Assembly: GCA_965243205.1 (NCBI GenBank)
Contig: CBDEUK010000002.1
Coordinates: forward strand, 1,792,001-1,856,000
Direction of reading: 5' to 3'
DNA: 64,000 nt
From: Gammaproteobacteria bacterium
GTDB lineage: Bacteria > Pseudomonadota > Gammaproteobacteria > Eutrophobiales > Eutrophobiaceae
Shown: positions 20,883 to 30,373 of the stretch, in pieces
Layout of the letters: each line of letters begins with the position of its first letter
Position numbering within the stretch: the stretch's first letter is position 1
Notes under the pieces: model-generated
What the model saw: only the letters and a program-made list of their open reading frames with translations
Databases searched by the model: none
What the model was told of the DNA's origin: nothing
Program-made: the position numbers and the translations under genes

Positions 20883-22865
20883 ATGAATAATGATTCTAAT
20901 AATTATTTTTTGGGCATCGACACGGGCGGTACGTTTACCGATTTCGTGTTAGCCGAAGGCGAAAATATACGCATTCATAAAGTTTTGTCCACACCTTCGG
21001 CACCTGAAAAAGCCATCTTGCAAGGAATTGCTGAACTTGGCATTAGTCTGGACGGTTTGAAGATAGTTCATGGCTCTACAGTAGCCACTAATGCTGTACT
21101 CGAAGGCAAAGGCGCAAAAACCGCTTACATTACGAATAAAGGTTTTAAAGATGTACTGCACATTGGTCGCCAAACCCGTAAAAAGCTTTATGACCTCACG
21201 CCTATTAAAACCAAGCATATTGTTGATAATGATCTGTGCTTCGAAATCGATGTTCGAATCACTGCCGATGGCGAGATACTCAACGATCTACAACAAGAAG
21301 ATCTGCAATCGTTATTAACAGAAATTCAAAATCACGACATTCAATCAGTTGCGATTAACTTCCTGTATTCTTTTTTAGATGAACGTCATGAACAGCAGGT
21401 CGCCCAAGAATTACCTAAATCACTATTCATCAGTTGCTCGCACGAAGTCTTGGCGGAAGCCAAGGAATATGAACGCGGTATTACGACTTGGCTAAATGCC
21501 TACGTTGGCCCATTAGTAAATGGTTACTTAAATAACTTACAGCAACAAACAGAGCCAGCTGCTATTAGTGTCATGCGCAGCTCTGGACAAACCACCAGTG
21601 CTGCGACTGCCGGTGAAGAAGCCGTACATCTATTATTGTCTGGCCCTGCTGGAGGTCTAAACGCTGCTAAATTCATTAGCCAGTTAACCAGTCAAAATAA
21701 ATTGCTTACTTTTGATATGGGTGGAACCTCAACGGATGTTGCGATGTTCGATGGCGAAATTGCTTTGGGCCAAACAGGCTGGATTGTGAGCTTACCCGTT
21801 TCAGTACCTATGATTGATATTCACACCATAGGTGCTGGCGGTGGTTCCATCGCTTGGGTCGATGCAGGTGGCGCATTACACGTTGGCCCTGAATCAGCAG
21901 GCGCTAATCCGGGCCCAGCTTGCTATAACCAAGGCGGCACTCAAGCGACTGTTACTGATGCAAATTTAGTTCTTGGTCATTTACCGAAGTCGGTGAAACT
22001 TGGTGGCAGTATGACTTTGCAGTTAAGAAAGGCCGAAGAAGCCATGAGTGATTTGCAGCAACAGGCTGACCTTGAATCCATCGAAAAGACAGCAGAAGGT
22101 ATTTTGCGTATCGCCAATGAAAAGATGGCCGAGGCCCTTCGGGTTATTTCCATTGAACGCGGAATCGACCCTGCAGAGTTTGCCTTGCTGGCTTTTGGTG
22201 GCGCAGGCGGTTTGCACATCTGCGCTTTGGCAGACTCACTAAATATGACTCGAGCTATCGTACCGATTCATTCTGGCGTCTTGTCTGCCTTGGGTATGTT
22301 GGCTGCGAACCCAGGTCGTGAAGTCTCGCGAACCATAGCCAAGCCTCTACAAGAAGTAAGCGATTCCGATATTGAGCATGAGATTCACTTGTTAAAACAA
22401 AAGGCTGAAACTGCCATCGGTGAAGAAGGTATTACTAAGGAATCACTCACTTACAAACCTAGCTTGGATATCTGTTTTCGAGGTCAGTCTTCGAGCCTCA
22501 ATGTCCCGTGGCAGAATCGCCAGCAAGTCATTTCTGATTTCGAGCATGAATACAAAAATCGCTATGGTCAGTTGTTGGATTCAGCTCTAGAGCTGGTCAC
22601 GGTTCGACTGAGTGTGAACGCTCACATGCAAGGAATAGCAATGTCTAAAACAGAAGTAAATACTCACTTGCCTCAAGAGTTTAGTGAGGTTTATAGCATC
22701 GAGCAGACTGTAGAAATTATTCCTCGAGCAGGTTTGGCCCCAGGAGAAAAACGTCTAGGGCCAGTGATTATTACAGATGCTGTAGCGACGGTTTGGATCG
22801 AGCCAAGCTGGCAAGCCGAGCTCGATGAATATGGAAATTTATTACTGATAAAGCTTGCTAAGTAA
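20883..22865 (+). CDS. Hydantoinase/oxoprolinase family, ATP-binding A subunit
   Basis: GIDTGGTFTD, SGPAGG, DMGGTSTD, GAGGGS, PGPACY. Confidence 0.92.
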   Translation: MNNDSNNYFLGIDTGGTFTDFVLAEGENIRIHKVLSTPSAPEKAILQGIAELGISLDGLKIVHGSTVATNAVLEGKGAKTAYITNKGFKDVLHIGRQTRKKLYDLTPIKTKHIVDNDLCFEIDVRITADGEILNDLQQEDLQSLLTEIQNHDIQSVAINFLYSFLDERHEQQVAQELPKSLFISCSHEVLAEAKEYERGITTWLNAYVGPLVNGYLNNLQQQTEPAAISVMRSSGQTTSAATAGEEAVHLLLSGPAGGLNAAKFISQLTSQNKLLTFDMGGTSTDVAMFDGEIALGQTGWIVSLPVSVPMIDIHTIGAGGGSIAWVDAGGALHVGPESAGANPGPACYNQGGTQATVTDANLVLGHLPKSVKLGGSMTLQLRKAEEAMSDLQQQADLESIEKTAEGILRIANEKMAEALRVISIERGIDPAEFALLAFGGAGGLHICALADSLNMTRAIVPIHSGVLSALGMLAANPGREVSRTIAKPLQEVSDSDIEHEIHLLKQKAETAIGEEGITKESLTYKPSLDICFRGQSSSLNVPWQNRQQVISDFEHEYKNRYGQLLDSALELVTVRLSVNAHMQGIAMSKTEVNTHLPQEFSEVYSIEQTVEIIPRAGLAPGEKRLGPVIITDAVATVWIEPSWQAELDEYGNLLLIKLAK

Positions 22866-22875
22866 AGGGTTAACC

Positions 22876-24279
22876 TTAGCTAACAGCGTACATATTTTTG
22901 CCTTTTCTCTTGGCGGACATCAGGGCCGTATCGGCTTTTTTGATCACGGAGTTGTAATCCAAAGAACCTGTAAATTCGGCTATGCCGATACTGATCGAAG
23001 TAGCAGAAATAGCTTTATTCGTATCATTAGCTGAAGGTGCAGAATGATTTCCTACTTTTAAAATGATTTCAGTTGCGAGTTCTTCGGCACGATCTTTTTT
23101 GGCATTGACTAACAGAATAAGAAACTCATCACCACCATAACGGAAAACATAATCAGTCGCACGAACCGATTCATTGATTAAATCTGCAATGTTCTGAATC
23201 ACTTTATCGCCTTCTGGATGTCCATGTGTATCGTTAACTTGTTTGAAGTCATCCACATCTAACATCAATAACATATAAGGTGAGTTATTGGTTAGCGCCA
23301 AGTTGGTTTCTTTTTGTAAAATAATATCCAGGTAGCGACGACTGTAGAGTTTGGTCAGAGGATCACGGCAAGTTTCACTGGTATGAGCATGTTCGGTTAG
23401 AGAGGCTAAGAAAAATGCAATACGGTTAACGCTGTTTTCAATTTCTTGCACTATGGCTAAAAACGCATCCATCTCTTGCTTGTTTTTATATTCAACAATG
23501 GAATCCAGTTTATTTTCGATAACGTTTATTTCATTATCAATACCTGCAACATCCTCAGATTCATGAAAAATGACTTTTGCTTTATGTCGAACCCATAAAG
23601 CAAATGGTGCCTGGCTAATAGCAGGCAAGGCAGTTCTCACAATGTTACCAGGGCGCAACATGGTGCTTAAAAAATTAGTGTGCCAGCCATAAAGATCCGC
23701 TCGAACAGTTTGGCAAGCCTCAGCCAGCTCGGCACCAGCAATATGATTCAATAAGGCTTGTGAGCGACGTTCATTCATCAGTCGGTCATAAAGATAGGCT
23801 TCCATAGTAATCGACATACACGTATCGATTACCATAGTAATCTGAATAAATGTGTCATGGGTTTTGCGTACACTACGGCTATCATCTGTAATCAACTTAC
23901 ACAGTTGCATCTTGAGGAAGCGTGTACCTAAGTTAAGTAGGTGAGAAGGCATGTTCATGCGAACAAATTTACGGCCTACTTGTAATTGGTAATGAATAAA
24001 CTCAATTATCTGTTCATCAGAATCTTGATAGATAAATAATTTATTTAACCAATTTTTAAAGCCTAGCTTAACATCCGATTCAATTGTTTCTTTGTTGAAT
24101 AGATTATCGTTACCTTCGGCAGAAAGCAGTAAATCAAAATAGAGTTCAGAAATATGATCAGCGTTCTCTTGAACAACGTTATGTATTTCGTTGACCAACT
24201 CAGGCTCAGAACGTTGGTATATTTCTTTAAAGTGATCTAGGTATATCTCAGTGATGAGATCTTTTATATTCTCGTCCAT
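22876..24279 (-). CDS. Globin-coupled-sensor-type (DosC-like) diguanylate cyclase
   Basis: N-terminal sensor-globin-like region, middle domain (FALWVRHKA), DPLT, RATD I-site and GGDEF. Confidence 0.88.
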   Translation of the reverse strand: MDENIKDLITEIYLDHFKEIYQRSEPELVNEIHNVVQENADHISELYFDLLLSAEGNDNLFNKETIESDVKLGFKNWLNKLFIYQDSDEQIIEFIHYQLQVGRKFVRMNMPSHLLNLGTRFLKMQLCKLITDDSRSVRKTHDTFIQITMVIDTCMSITMEAYLYDRLMNERRSQALLNHIAGAELAEACQTVRADLYGWHTNFLSTMLRPGNIVRTALPAISQAPFALWVRHKAKVIFHESEDVAGIDNEINVIENKLDSIVEYKNKQEMDAFLAIVQEIENSVNRIAFFLASLTEHAHTSETCRDPLTKLYSRRYLDIILQKETNLALTNNSPYMLLMLDVDDFKQVNDTHGHPEGDKVIQNIADLINESVRATDYVFRYGGDEFLILLVNAKKDRAEELATEIILKVGNHSAPSANDTNKAISATSISIGIAEFTGSLDYNSVIKKADTALMSAKRKGKNMYAVS

Positions 24280-24322
24280 CTTATAAAACGGCTCTTTTTA
24301 TAGTTTATTATTAGTATTATAA

Positions 24323-24343
24323 AAATGGGCTAAAGGCCCATTT
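24323..24343 (-). terminator. Hairpin with U-tract between suhB and the diguanylate cyclase
   Basis: Minus strand reads AAATGGGC-cttta-GCCCATTT followed by TTATAA. Confidence 0.55.
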
Positions 24344-24370
24344 ACAAAACAGCCGAGATTATAAATTAAT

Positions 24371-24387
24371 TGTTGTGCAATGCAACA
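24371..24387. promoter_or_regulatory. TGC-rich operator-like box (PhaR-like) overlapping a predicted -35
   Basis: TGTTGTGCAATGCAACA. The minus strand reads TTGCAT-16-TATAAT. The 11-mer GCAATGCAACA recurs at 49609-49619. Confidence 0.5.
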
Positions 24388-24397
24388 CTGTATGTGG

Positions 24398-25219
24398 TTA
24401 CTTATAATCTACTTTCCTTGGCACTTTGTATTCGTGTTGTTTCAACACATCTTTAAATAGCTTATGCATCTCGGTTTGCACATAGGTGTTCCCCGATAAT
24501 ACATCGCCCGTGTAGAGGTAGTTCTCACGACCGGTCATATCAGAAACTGCCCCACCTGCTTCCTGGATCAATAAAACCCCAGCTGCCATATCCCAAGGAC
24601 ATAAACCGAATTCCCAAAAGCCATCCAATCGTCCACAAGCCACATAAGCCATATCCAAGGCCGCTGAACCAGGGCGACGAATGCCCGCAGTCATTGGAAA
24701 TATCGCACGAAAGGTATCAAGGAATAAATCCAAACGCGCTTGTTCTTTGAATGGAAAACCAGTGCCAATCAATGCGCCTTTTAAGGACTTACGGCCGCTT
24801 ACACGGATCTTTTGATTATTTAATTGTGCACCACCGCCTTTGCTGGCGGTAAACAATTCATTGCGGGTCGGGTCGTAAATCACTGCTTGTGTGAGTACTC
24901 CCTTATGTTCTAAGGCAATGGAAATAGCGTATTGTGGAAAACCGTGTAAATAGTTAGTGGTGCCATCGAGCGGATCAATGATCCACACATATTCGCTCTC
25001 GCCAACCACGCCACCTTCTTCACCCAAAAAGGCATGGTCAGGGTAGGATTCTTTAATAGTATTGATAATCGCCAGTTCAGCGTTCTTATCGACTTCACTC
25101 ACAAAGTCATTCTGGCTTTTGGTTTCAATCTTTAAATCAGCGATTCGCTCGACATTACGTTGAATCACACTACTGGCAGCGCGTGCAGCTCGCACGGCGA
25201 TATTGAGCATTGGCTCCAT
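24398..25219 (-). CDS. suhB: Inositol-1-monophosphatase / Nus factor SuhB
   Basis: MEPMLNIAVRAARAA, WIIDPLDGTTN, WDMAAG; divergent from trmJ. Confidence 0.96.
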   Translation of the reverse strand: MEPMLNIAVRAARAASSVIQRNVERIADLKIETKSQNDFVSEVDKNAELAIINTIKESYPDHAFLGEEGGVVGESEYVWIIDPLDGTTNYLHGFPQYAISIALEHKGVLTQAVIYDPTRNELFTASKGGGAQLNNQKIRVSGRKSLKGALIGTGFPFKEQARLDLFLDTFRAIFPMTAGIRRPGSAALDMAYVACGRLDGFWEFGLCPWDMAAGVLLIQEAGGAVSDMTGRENYLYTGDVLSGNTYVQTEMHKLFKDVLKQHEYKVPRKVDYK

Positions 25220-25292
25220 GTTGTACCTCGATTAATTAAAGAAGTATTGTACGGTCTGAACCATTGATATTGAAGCTTAGAAAAAAACAAAT

Positions 25293-26024
25293 ATGAATAA
25301 ACCCAGAAAAGTCCGCATCGTCCTCATCGAAACTTCACACCCAGGCAACATTGGCGCTACGGCCAGAGCCATGAAGACCATGCAGCAAACCGAGCTCTAT
25401 TTAGTAAAGCCTAAGGAATACCCTAGTGCCGATTGCACCGCCCGCGCCGCAGGAGCAGATGACATCTTGCAACAGGCTAAAGTGGTGGAGACTTTAAGCG
25501 AGGCTTTAGAAGGTTGCTCCATCATCTTTGCAACCACCGCAAGAGACCGAGCCATGTCTTGGCCCGTGCACGATCCACGCGGTTGCGCCAATACCATTAC
25601 GCAAAGTAATGAAGAAGATAATGTTGCAATCGTTTTTGGGCGAGAACGTTCAGGCATGAGCAATAAAGAGATCGAGCTGTGTAATCAAGTCGTGATGATC
25701 CCAGCGAATGAAGATTACAGCTCACTTAACTTAGCTTCAGCAGTACAAATCCTTTGTTATGAATTAATGATGGCCAGTCAACAACTTTCAGAACATCCAG
25801 TCATCGAAAGAGACGAATACGAACGCTTAGCTACACACGATGAAATGGAAGGCTTTTATAATCACTTAATCGAAACCATGACCCAAGTTGGCTTCTACGA
25901 TCCCGCCCACCCCAAACAACTGGTTAGAAGAATAAAACGATTATTCAACCGAGCACAGTTAGAACAAACCGAGTTGAATATCATGAGAGGGTTTTTGACT
26001 GGGGTGGAACAGAAGATGAAGTAG
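25293..26024 (+). CDS. trmJ: tRNA C32/U32 2'-O-methyltransferase
   Basis: HPGNIGATARAMKTM, FGRERSG, SSLNLASAVQ. Confidence 0.94.
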   Translation: MNKPRKVRIVLIETSHPGNIGATARAMKTMQQTELYLVKPKEYPSADCTARAAGADDILQQAKVVETLSEALEGCSIIFATTARDRAMSWPVHDPRGCANTITQSNEEDNVAIVFGRERSGMSNKEIELCNQVVMIPANEDYSSLNLASAVQILCYELMMASQQLSEHPVIERDEYERLATHDEMEGFYNHLIETMTQVGFYDPAHPKQLVRRIKRLFNRAQLEQTELNIMRGFLTGVEQKMK

Positions 26025-26052
26025 GTTGTTAACAAATAATCTTCATAAAATT

Positions 26053-26892
26053 ATGAGTGATACTTTCCCTCCAAGATTACATATCGTATTTGCTAAAGAA
26101 AAACCACTTGCTGTTGTGTTTCGACGTGGACCTTCCAAAGAAGTGTGCACGTTTTTATGGAATAGAGATAAAAACACCTTTCAATTAGGTCAATGGTTAA
26201 AAGGCCGCATCTATGAAAGGCGTACAGATATATCGCCTGATGGAAAATATCTTATTTACTTTGCTATGAATGGTAAATGGGATTCAGAAACCAAAGGGTC
26301 ATGGACGGCGGTTTCAAAAGTACCTTGGTTAAAAGCATTGGATCTTTATGCAAAAGGTGATTGCTGGGAAGGTGGAGGATTGTTTTTATCCAATAAAGAA
26401 TATTGGTTGAATGATCGATACTTGTCAAAAGAAAACACACTTAAAAAGACCAGTCAGTTTAAACAGAATGAAAAATTTAAATTCGAAGAAATCTTTGGAG
26501 CAGAATGCACAGGTATTTATTATCCAAAATTGATGAGAGATGGTTGGGAATTGAAAAGGCGTGAAGAAAAAGATAAATGGAATAGTTGTACAGTGTTTGA
26601 AAAGAGAGCAACAAAAAAATGGTTGCTACGTAAAATAGCTCATGAACAAGTAGGTTCGCCAAAAGGTAAAGGTTGTTATTGGGATGAGCATGAGTTGGTA
26701 AATGAAATAACTGGAGAAAAGTTTATTCATAGTGATTGGGAATGGGCAGAAGTAGATAAAGAAACGATTTACTGGGCTTCTAAAGGCTGTTTATATTCAT
26801 TATGCATTCAAAGCCGTTCAAAATTGAGTGAACCAAAAATGCTGCATGATTTTAATGATTACAAATTTGAAGAAATCCAGGCGCCTTATTAA
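26053..26892 (+). CDS. Conserved hypothetical Trp-rich protein
   Basis: Long ORF with RRGPSK, GQWLKGRIYERRTDISPDG; no family recognised. Confidence 0.7.
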   Translation: MSDTFPPRLHIVFAKEKPLAVVFRRGPSKEVCTFLWNRDKNTFQLGQWLKGRIYERRTDISPDGKYLIYFAMNGKWDSETKGSWTAVSKVPWLKALDLYAKGDCWEGGGLFLSNKEYWLNDRYLSKENTLKKTSQFKQNEKFKFEEIFGAECTGIYYPKLMRDGWELKRREEKDKWNSCTVFEKRATKKWLLRKIAHEQVGSPKGKGCYWDEHELVNEITGEKFIHSDWEWAEVDKETIYWASKGCLYSLCIQSRSKLSEPKMLHDFNDYKFEEIQAPY

Positions 26893-26989
26893 ATTAAGGA
26901 ATCGAAGCCATTTTTCGAGCTGTCATTTTAGTGTAAGGTACAATTGATAATATAAGTAAAAAAATATTCTGACACGGAGGAAGTTTGCT

Positions 26990-27961
26990 TTGAGAATACT
27001 GTCACTGTTTTTACTCTTTTCGGTTGGAACACTACAGGCCGCGCCATTAATTACGATTAATAATGTTGATGGTGGTGTTTTTATGGCTGATGCTGTCGAT
27101 ATTGACATATTAACTAATGAGATTTATTTCTCATCTCAAGTTAGACAGAATCTAAGAGGTGAAATTGAGTTTGTTCCATTTGATCCAGGAAACCCACCAG
27201 CACCATTACCGCCTTTCACGCCCGAACTTCCTTTTACAAAAAACCTGGAAATACAATCTACTAATCTCAGTAGCCAGATGGATGTCGATTTACAGAATGA
27301 TAGCAATGGTGCTAGTTTCAGTGTTCATACAGAACTGAACACTACGAATAACGTCAATCCACCTGGAGGAGAAAGGTTTACTATAGGGGGTAGAGATGGA
27401 ATCACAAGCAATTTCTTAATAGAATTCACTGCAGAGCAAGATAGTATTTTTTCAATTAATGCATCTACTTCATTGGACTATTTAACGACGTTACCAACCG
27501 TTAATGAACTTTTTCCTGAGCAAATGGCTGCGATTCATGGTCCTGACACCTCTACTCATCCTATTCTTCCTAGTTCCTATTTCAACCAGATCATGACGTT
27601 TGGCTTATTGGTTTATGATGAAGACGCTGATTATGGCGCACGTAACTTATTTTCCAACGATTTTGATTTGTCCAATAATGGTGAAGGTGGTCTAGGAGTA
27701 CAACAAGGTCAATTCAGTAGTGAACCTAATACCTTTAGCGATAATTTAATTGCAGGGAAAGATTATGTATTAAGTATGTATCTTTGGTCTCATGCTAGTA
27801 ACATTATAGTTCCTATTCCTGATGCTTATCCCGATGAATACGAACTTGCTATGGCGTCGATTGCAAATATTCAATTTACAGTCACTGCTGTACCGTTACC
27901 ACCAGCATTTGTTTTATTGTTATTTGCACTATCGAGTTTAAAGCTTTTCTCTCGTAAATAG
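26990..27961 (+). CDS. Secreted protein with VPLPP-type PEP-CTERM-like sorting signal
   Basis: Signal peptide; C-terminal TAVPLPPA, TM segment and basic tail; GGAGG RBS before the TTG start. Confidence 0.82.
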   Translation: MRILSLFLLFSVGTLQAAPLITINNVDGGVFMADAVDIDILTNEIYFSSQVRQNLRGEIEFVPFDPGNPPAPLPPFTPELPFTKNLEIQSTNLSSQMDVDLQNDSNGASFSVHTELNTTNNVNPPGGERFTIGGRDGITSNFLIEFTAEQDSIFSINASTSLDYLTTLPTVNELFPEQMAAIHGPDTSTHPILPSSYFNQIMTFGLLVYDEDADYGARNLFSNDFDLSNNGEGGLGVQQGQFSSEPNTFSDNLIAGKDYVLSMYLWSHASNIIVPIPDAYPDEYELAMASIANIQFTVTAVPLPPAFVLLLFALSSLKLFSRK

Positions 27962-28050
27962 TTTTTCTTCTAAAACATGGTTTTGAATATTTGGGATCAA
28001 AGTAATAATTTAGATTAATTCATCATTTATCAATACGTTCTAAATGTTCT

Positions 28051-28077
28051 GAATTAAAGAGGCTGAGTCCTTTAATT
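28051..28077. repeat. Short intergenic palindrome, copy 1
   Basis: GAATTAAAGAGGCTGAGTCCTTTAATT; shares the 12-mer GAATTAAAGAGG with 30348. Confidence 0.5.
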
Positions 28078-28171
28078 AAAATTAGGGTAATATGTTTCGT
28101 TTGAGGGCTTGGTAGAAGATTTATTCTTCCTATGTCCGTTAAGTATACCCAACCAGTGGTTGCCAAATAAC

Positions 28172-29311
28172 ATGTCGATAAAAAAAATAGTCTTGATTTC
28201 GTTACTTGCTATTCTTGTTGCTGTTGCGCTTCTATATAAAGTTTATTACCCATCCAAATCGATTCCTAAGTCTTTAAATATTTCTTGTTTTACCTATCGA
28301 GATATTAATCGGGACGGTAAGTATGATATGGGGGATAGGCCGTATGCGGGATTGATTATCGATATGGAAAGGCCAGGATTAAAACCGGTCACACAGGATT
28401 CGAACCTTGCTGGTTTTACCAATTTTAAGATGAGATTGAACGTCGATAAGTATGACGTTTATAAACCTGGTGAATACCAGGTTGCTGCGCAAACGCCAGA
28501 GGGTTGGCAGATCACTTCCAACAACGCTAATCAAACACTTCACTTTTCGGAGCTTGAGGGCTCTCCTGCAGGAATCGTTCTGGATAAAACCTGTGAGCCG
28601 ATTGGTGTTGCGCCTGAGCTAAGCATTAGTGGTTCGGTTGATATGTCGGCAATAGAAAAATCTTATGATTTAAATGTTAAGTCGGTATCAGGTGAATCGC
28701 AAAGCGTGTCTCTTTCAGAAGGTAAATATTTTTTACCTGCTTCTCCTGGGGATTGGGAACTTGAATGGATAGTGAATGACGAGACTGTATCCAGATCAAT
28801 AGTCGTTAAAGATTATGCTGTTGTTGTATCAGGATTTAATGTCGACAGGCATCAAACAAAGCCTAAAGGGAATCTGGTTAAAGCGGATTATGATACTTTC
28901 ACTATATCGGATTCACTCTATGAATTGCCTTTTGGTTATCTTAATTTGAATTGGGTTAATTGGGTTTCAACGCATCAAAAGTTATATGGAGGCGACGGTT
29001 ATCTCAACGCAACTATTTCGTCAGAATATATGACCTATAACAGTTCTGGACACTTAGGTGTTGTCTGGTCAGAAACACCTTTTGATTTTGTTGGGACCTA
29101 TGTTGGCGTTGCGTGGCCTCAAGCGGAAAAACACGATGTAATTTTTAGAGGTATGCGCGATGGAAAAATTATCTATGAGGATAAGATAAAAGCTTATACA
29201 GAAGGAGCGGTCTATTTTGATGCTGACTATCGCAATATCGATCGATTAGAGATTGGCTCTGCTGCTAATTGGCAAGTTGTATTGGATGACACAGAGTTTC
29301 GAACGCAGTGA
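28172..29311 (+). CDS. Membrane-anchored protein with SdrD-B-like domain
   Basis: N-terminal TM helix, YRDINRDGKYDMGD Ca-loop, PGEYQV...PEGWQIT. Confidence 0.65.
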   Translation: MSIKKIVLISLLAILVAVALLYKVYYPSKSIPKSLNISCFTYRDINRDGKYDMGDRPYAGLIIDMERPGLKPVTQDSNLAGFTNFKMRLNVDKYDVYKPGEYQVAAQTPEGWQITSNNANQTLHFSELEGSPAGIVLDKTCEPIGVAPELSISGSVDMSAIEKSYDLNVKSVSGESQSVSLSEGKYFLPASPGDWELEWIVNDETVSRSIVVKDYAVVVSGFNVDRHQTKPKGNLVKADYDTFTISDSLYELPFGYLNLNWVNWVSTHQKLYGGDGYLNATISSEYMTYNSSGHLGVVWSETPFDFVGTYVGVAWPQAEKHDVIFRGMRDGKIIYEDKIKAYTEGAVYFDADYRNIDRLEIGSAANWQVVLDDTEFRTQ

Positions 29312-29354
29312 TAAAACATTTAAGGTTAGAGTAACAGTTAATTTTTATTCGATA

Positions 29355-29891
29355 ATGTTAAATACAATTTTACATTTTTGGTTTAACGAGATTGATGAAA
29401 AACAATGGTGGATAAAAGATCCAGCATTTGATGCATTGATTAAAAAACGCTTTGGTGAATTACATATTCAAGCAGCTCAATGCGAACTGTTTGAATGGCG
29501 AGCGACTGCTAAAGAGCGATTAGCTGAAATTATTTTACTCGATCAATTTTCCAGAAACATTCATCGTGATTCTGCCCTAGCCTTTGCCAATGATTCTTTA
29601 GCTCTGGCCTTAGCCCAAGAAGCCGTTGACAATGAATGTGACAGTGAATTAAATCCAATCGAAAATAGTTTTTTATACATGCCGTATATGCACAGCGAAT
29701 CGTTAATGATTCATGAACAAGCGGTTGAGTTGTATAAAAACAATGGCATTGAATCCAACTATCAATTTGAATTGAAACACAAAGCCATTATTGAACGCTT
29801 TGGTCGCTACCCTCATCGCAATAAAATATTAGGCCGAGAATCCACACCTGAAGAAATCGAATTCCTCAATCAGCCTGGTTCCTCGTTCTAG
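29355..29891 (+). CDS. DUF924 family protein
   Basis: ILHFWF, ILLDQFSRN, YMPYMHSE, RFGRYPHRN. Confidence 0.9.
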   Translation: MLNTILHFWFNEIDEKQWWIKDPAFDALIKKRFGELHIQAAQCELFEWRATAKERLAEIILLDQFSRNIHRDSALAFANDSLALALAQEAVDNECDSELNPIENSFLYMPYMHSESLMIHEQAVELYKNNGIESNYQFELKHKAIIERFGRYPHRNKILGRESTPEEIEFLNQPGSSF

Positions 29892-29993
29892 GAGATTAAA
29901 ACGATTAGAGCCCTGTATTACTTAACTATCTGACATCTTAAGTTTTTCAGCTATACTTAAAATATCAACTGACTGAGAAAGAGGAAAAATAAA

Positions 29994-30338
29994 ATGAATT
30001 GTTCAGAAACTCATTCCCATCCAGAGCATAAACATGGACCAGACTGCGGCCATACCGCCGTCAAACATAACGGTCATGTTGATTATATTCACGATGGCCA
30101 CCTCCATCATCCTCACGAAGACCATTGTGATGAGCATGTCATTGAAGTCAGTGAAGCAAACCCAAGCGAATGTAAGCAGTCATCGAATGGTTGTGGTGAA
30201 CATGTGCACGGGCCAGATTGCGGACACGAAGCTATTCCTCACGGCGACCACGTTGATTACCTTGTGAACGGTGAACTACACCATGTGCACGATGGACATT
30301 GCGATAGTCATGGGTTTGTGGAGTTAGTAAACGCTTAA
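29994..30338 (+). CDS. His/Cys-rich protein with internal duplication, putative metal binder
   Basis: Two copies of HxHGPDCGHxAxxHxxHVDY...LHHxHxxHCDxH; GAGG RBS. Confidence 0.8.
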   Translation: MNCSETHSHPEHKHGPDCGHTAVKHNGHVDYIHDGHLHHPHEDHCDEHVIEVSEANPSECKQSSNGCGEHVHGPDCGHEAIPHGDHVDYLVNGELHHVHDGHCDSHGFVELVNA

Positions 30339-30347
30339 ACTTTTTAA

Positions 30348-30373
30348 GAATTAAAGAGGTAGATCTCTTTAAT
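30348..30373. repeat. Short intergenic palindrome, copy 2 (possible terminator)
   Basis: GAATTAAAGAG-gtagat-CTCTTTAAT. Confidence 0.5.

Noticed and set aside
24280-24397. c-di-GMP riboswitch upstream of the cyclase
   Set aside because: The GEMM consensus (GGUCAC...GCAAACC) was not found
20600-26000. Somewhat higher GC stretch as a horizontally acquired island
   Set aside because: It includes core suhB and trmJ, shows no mobility signs, and was not quantified
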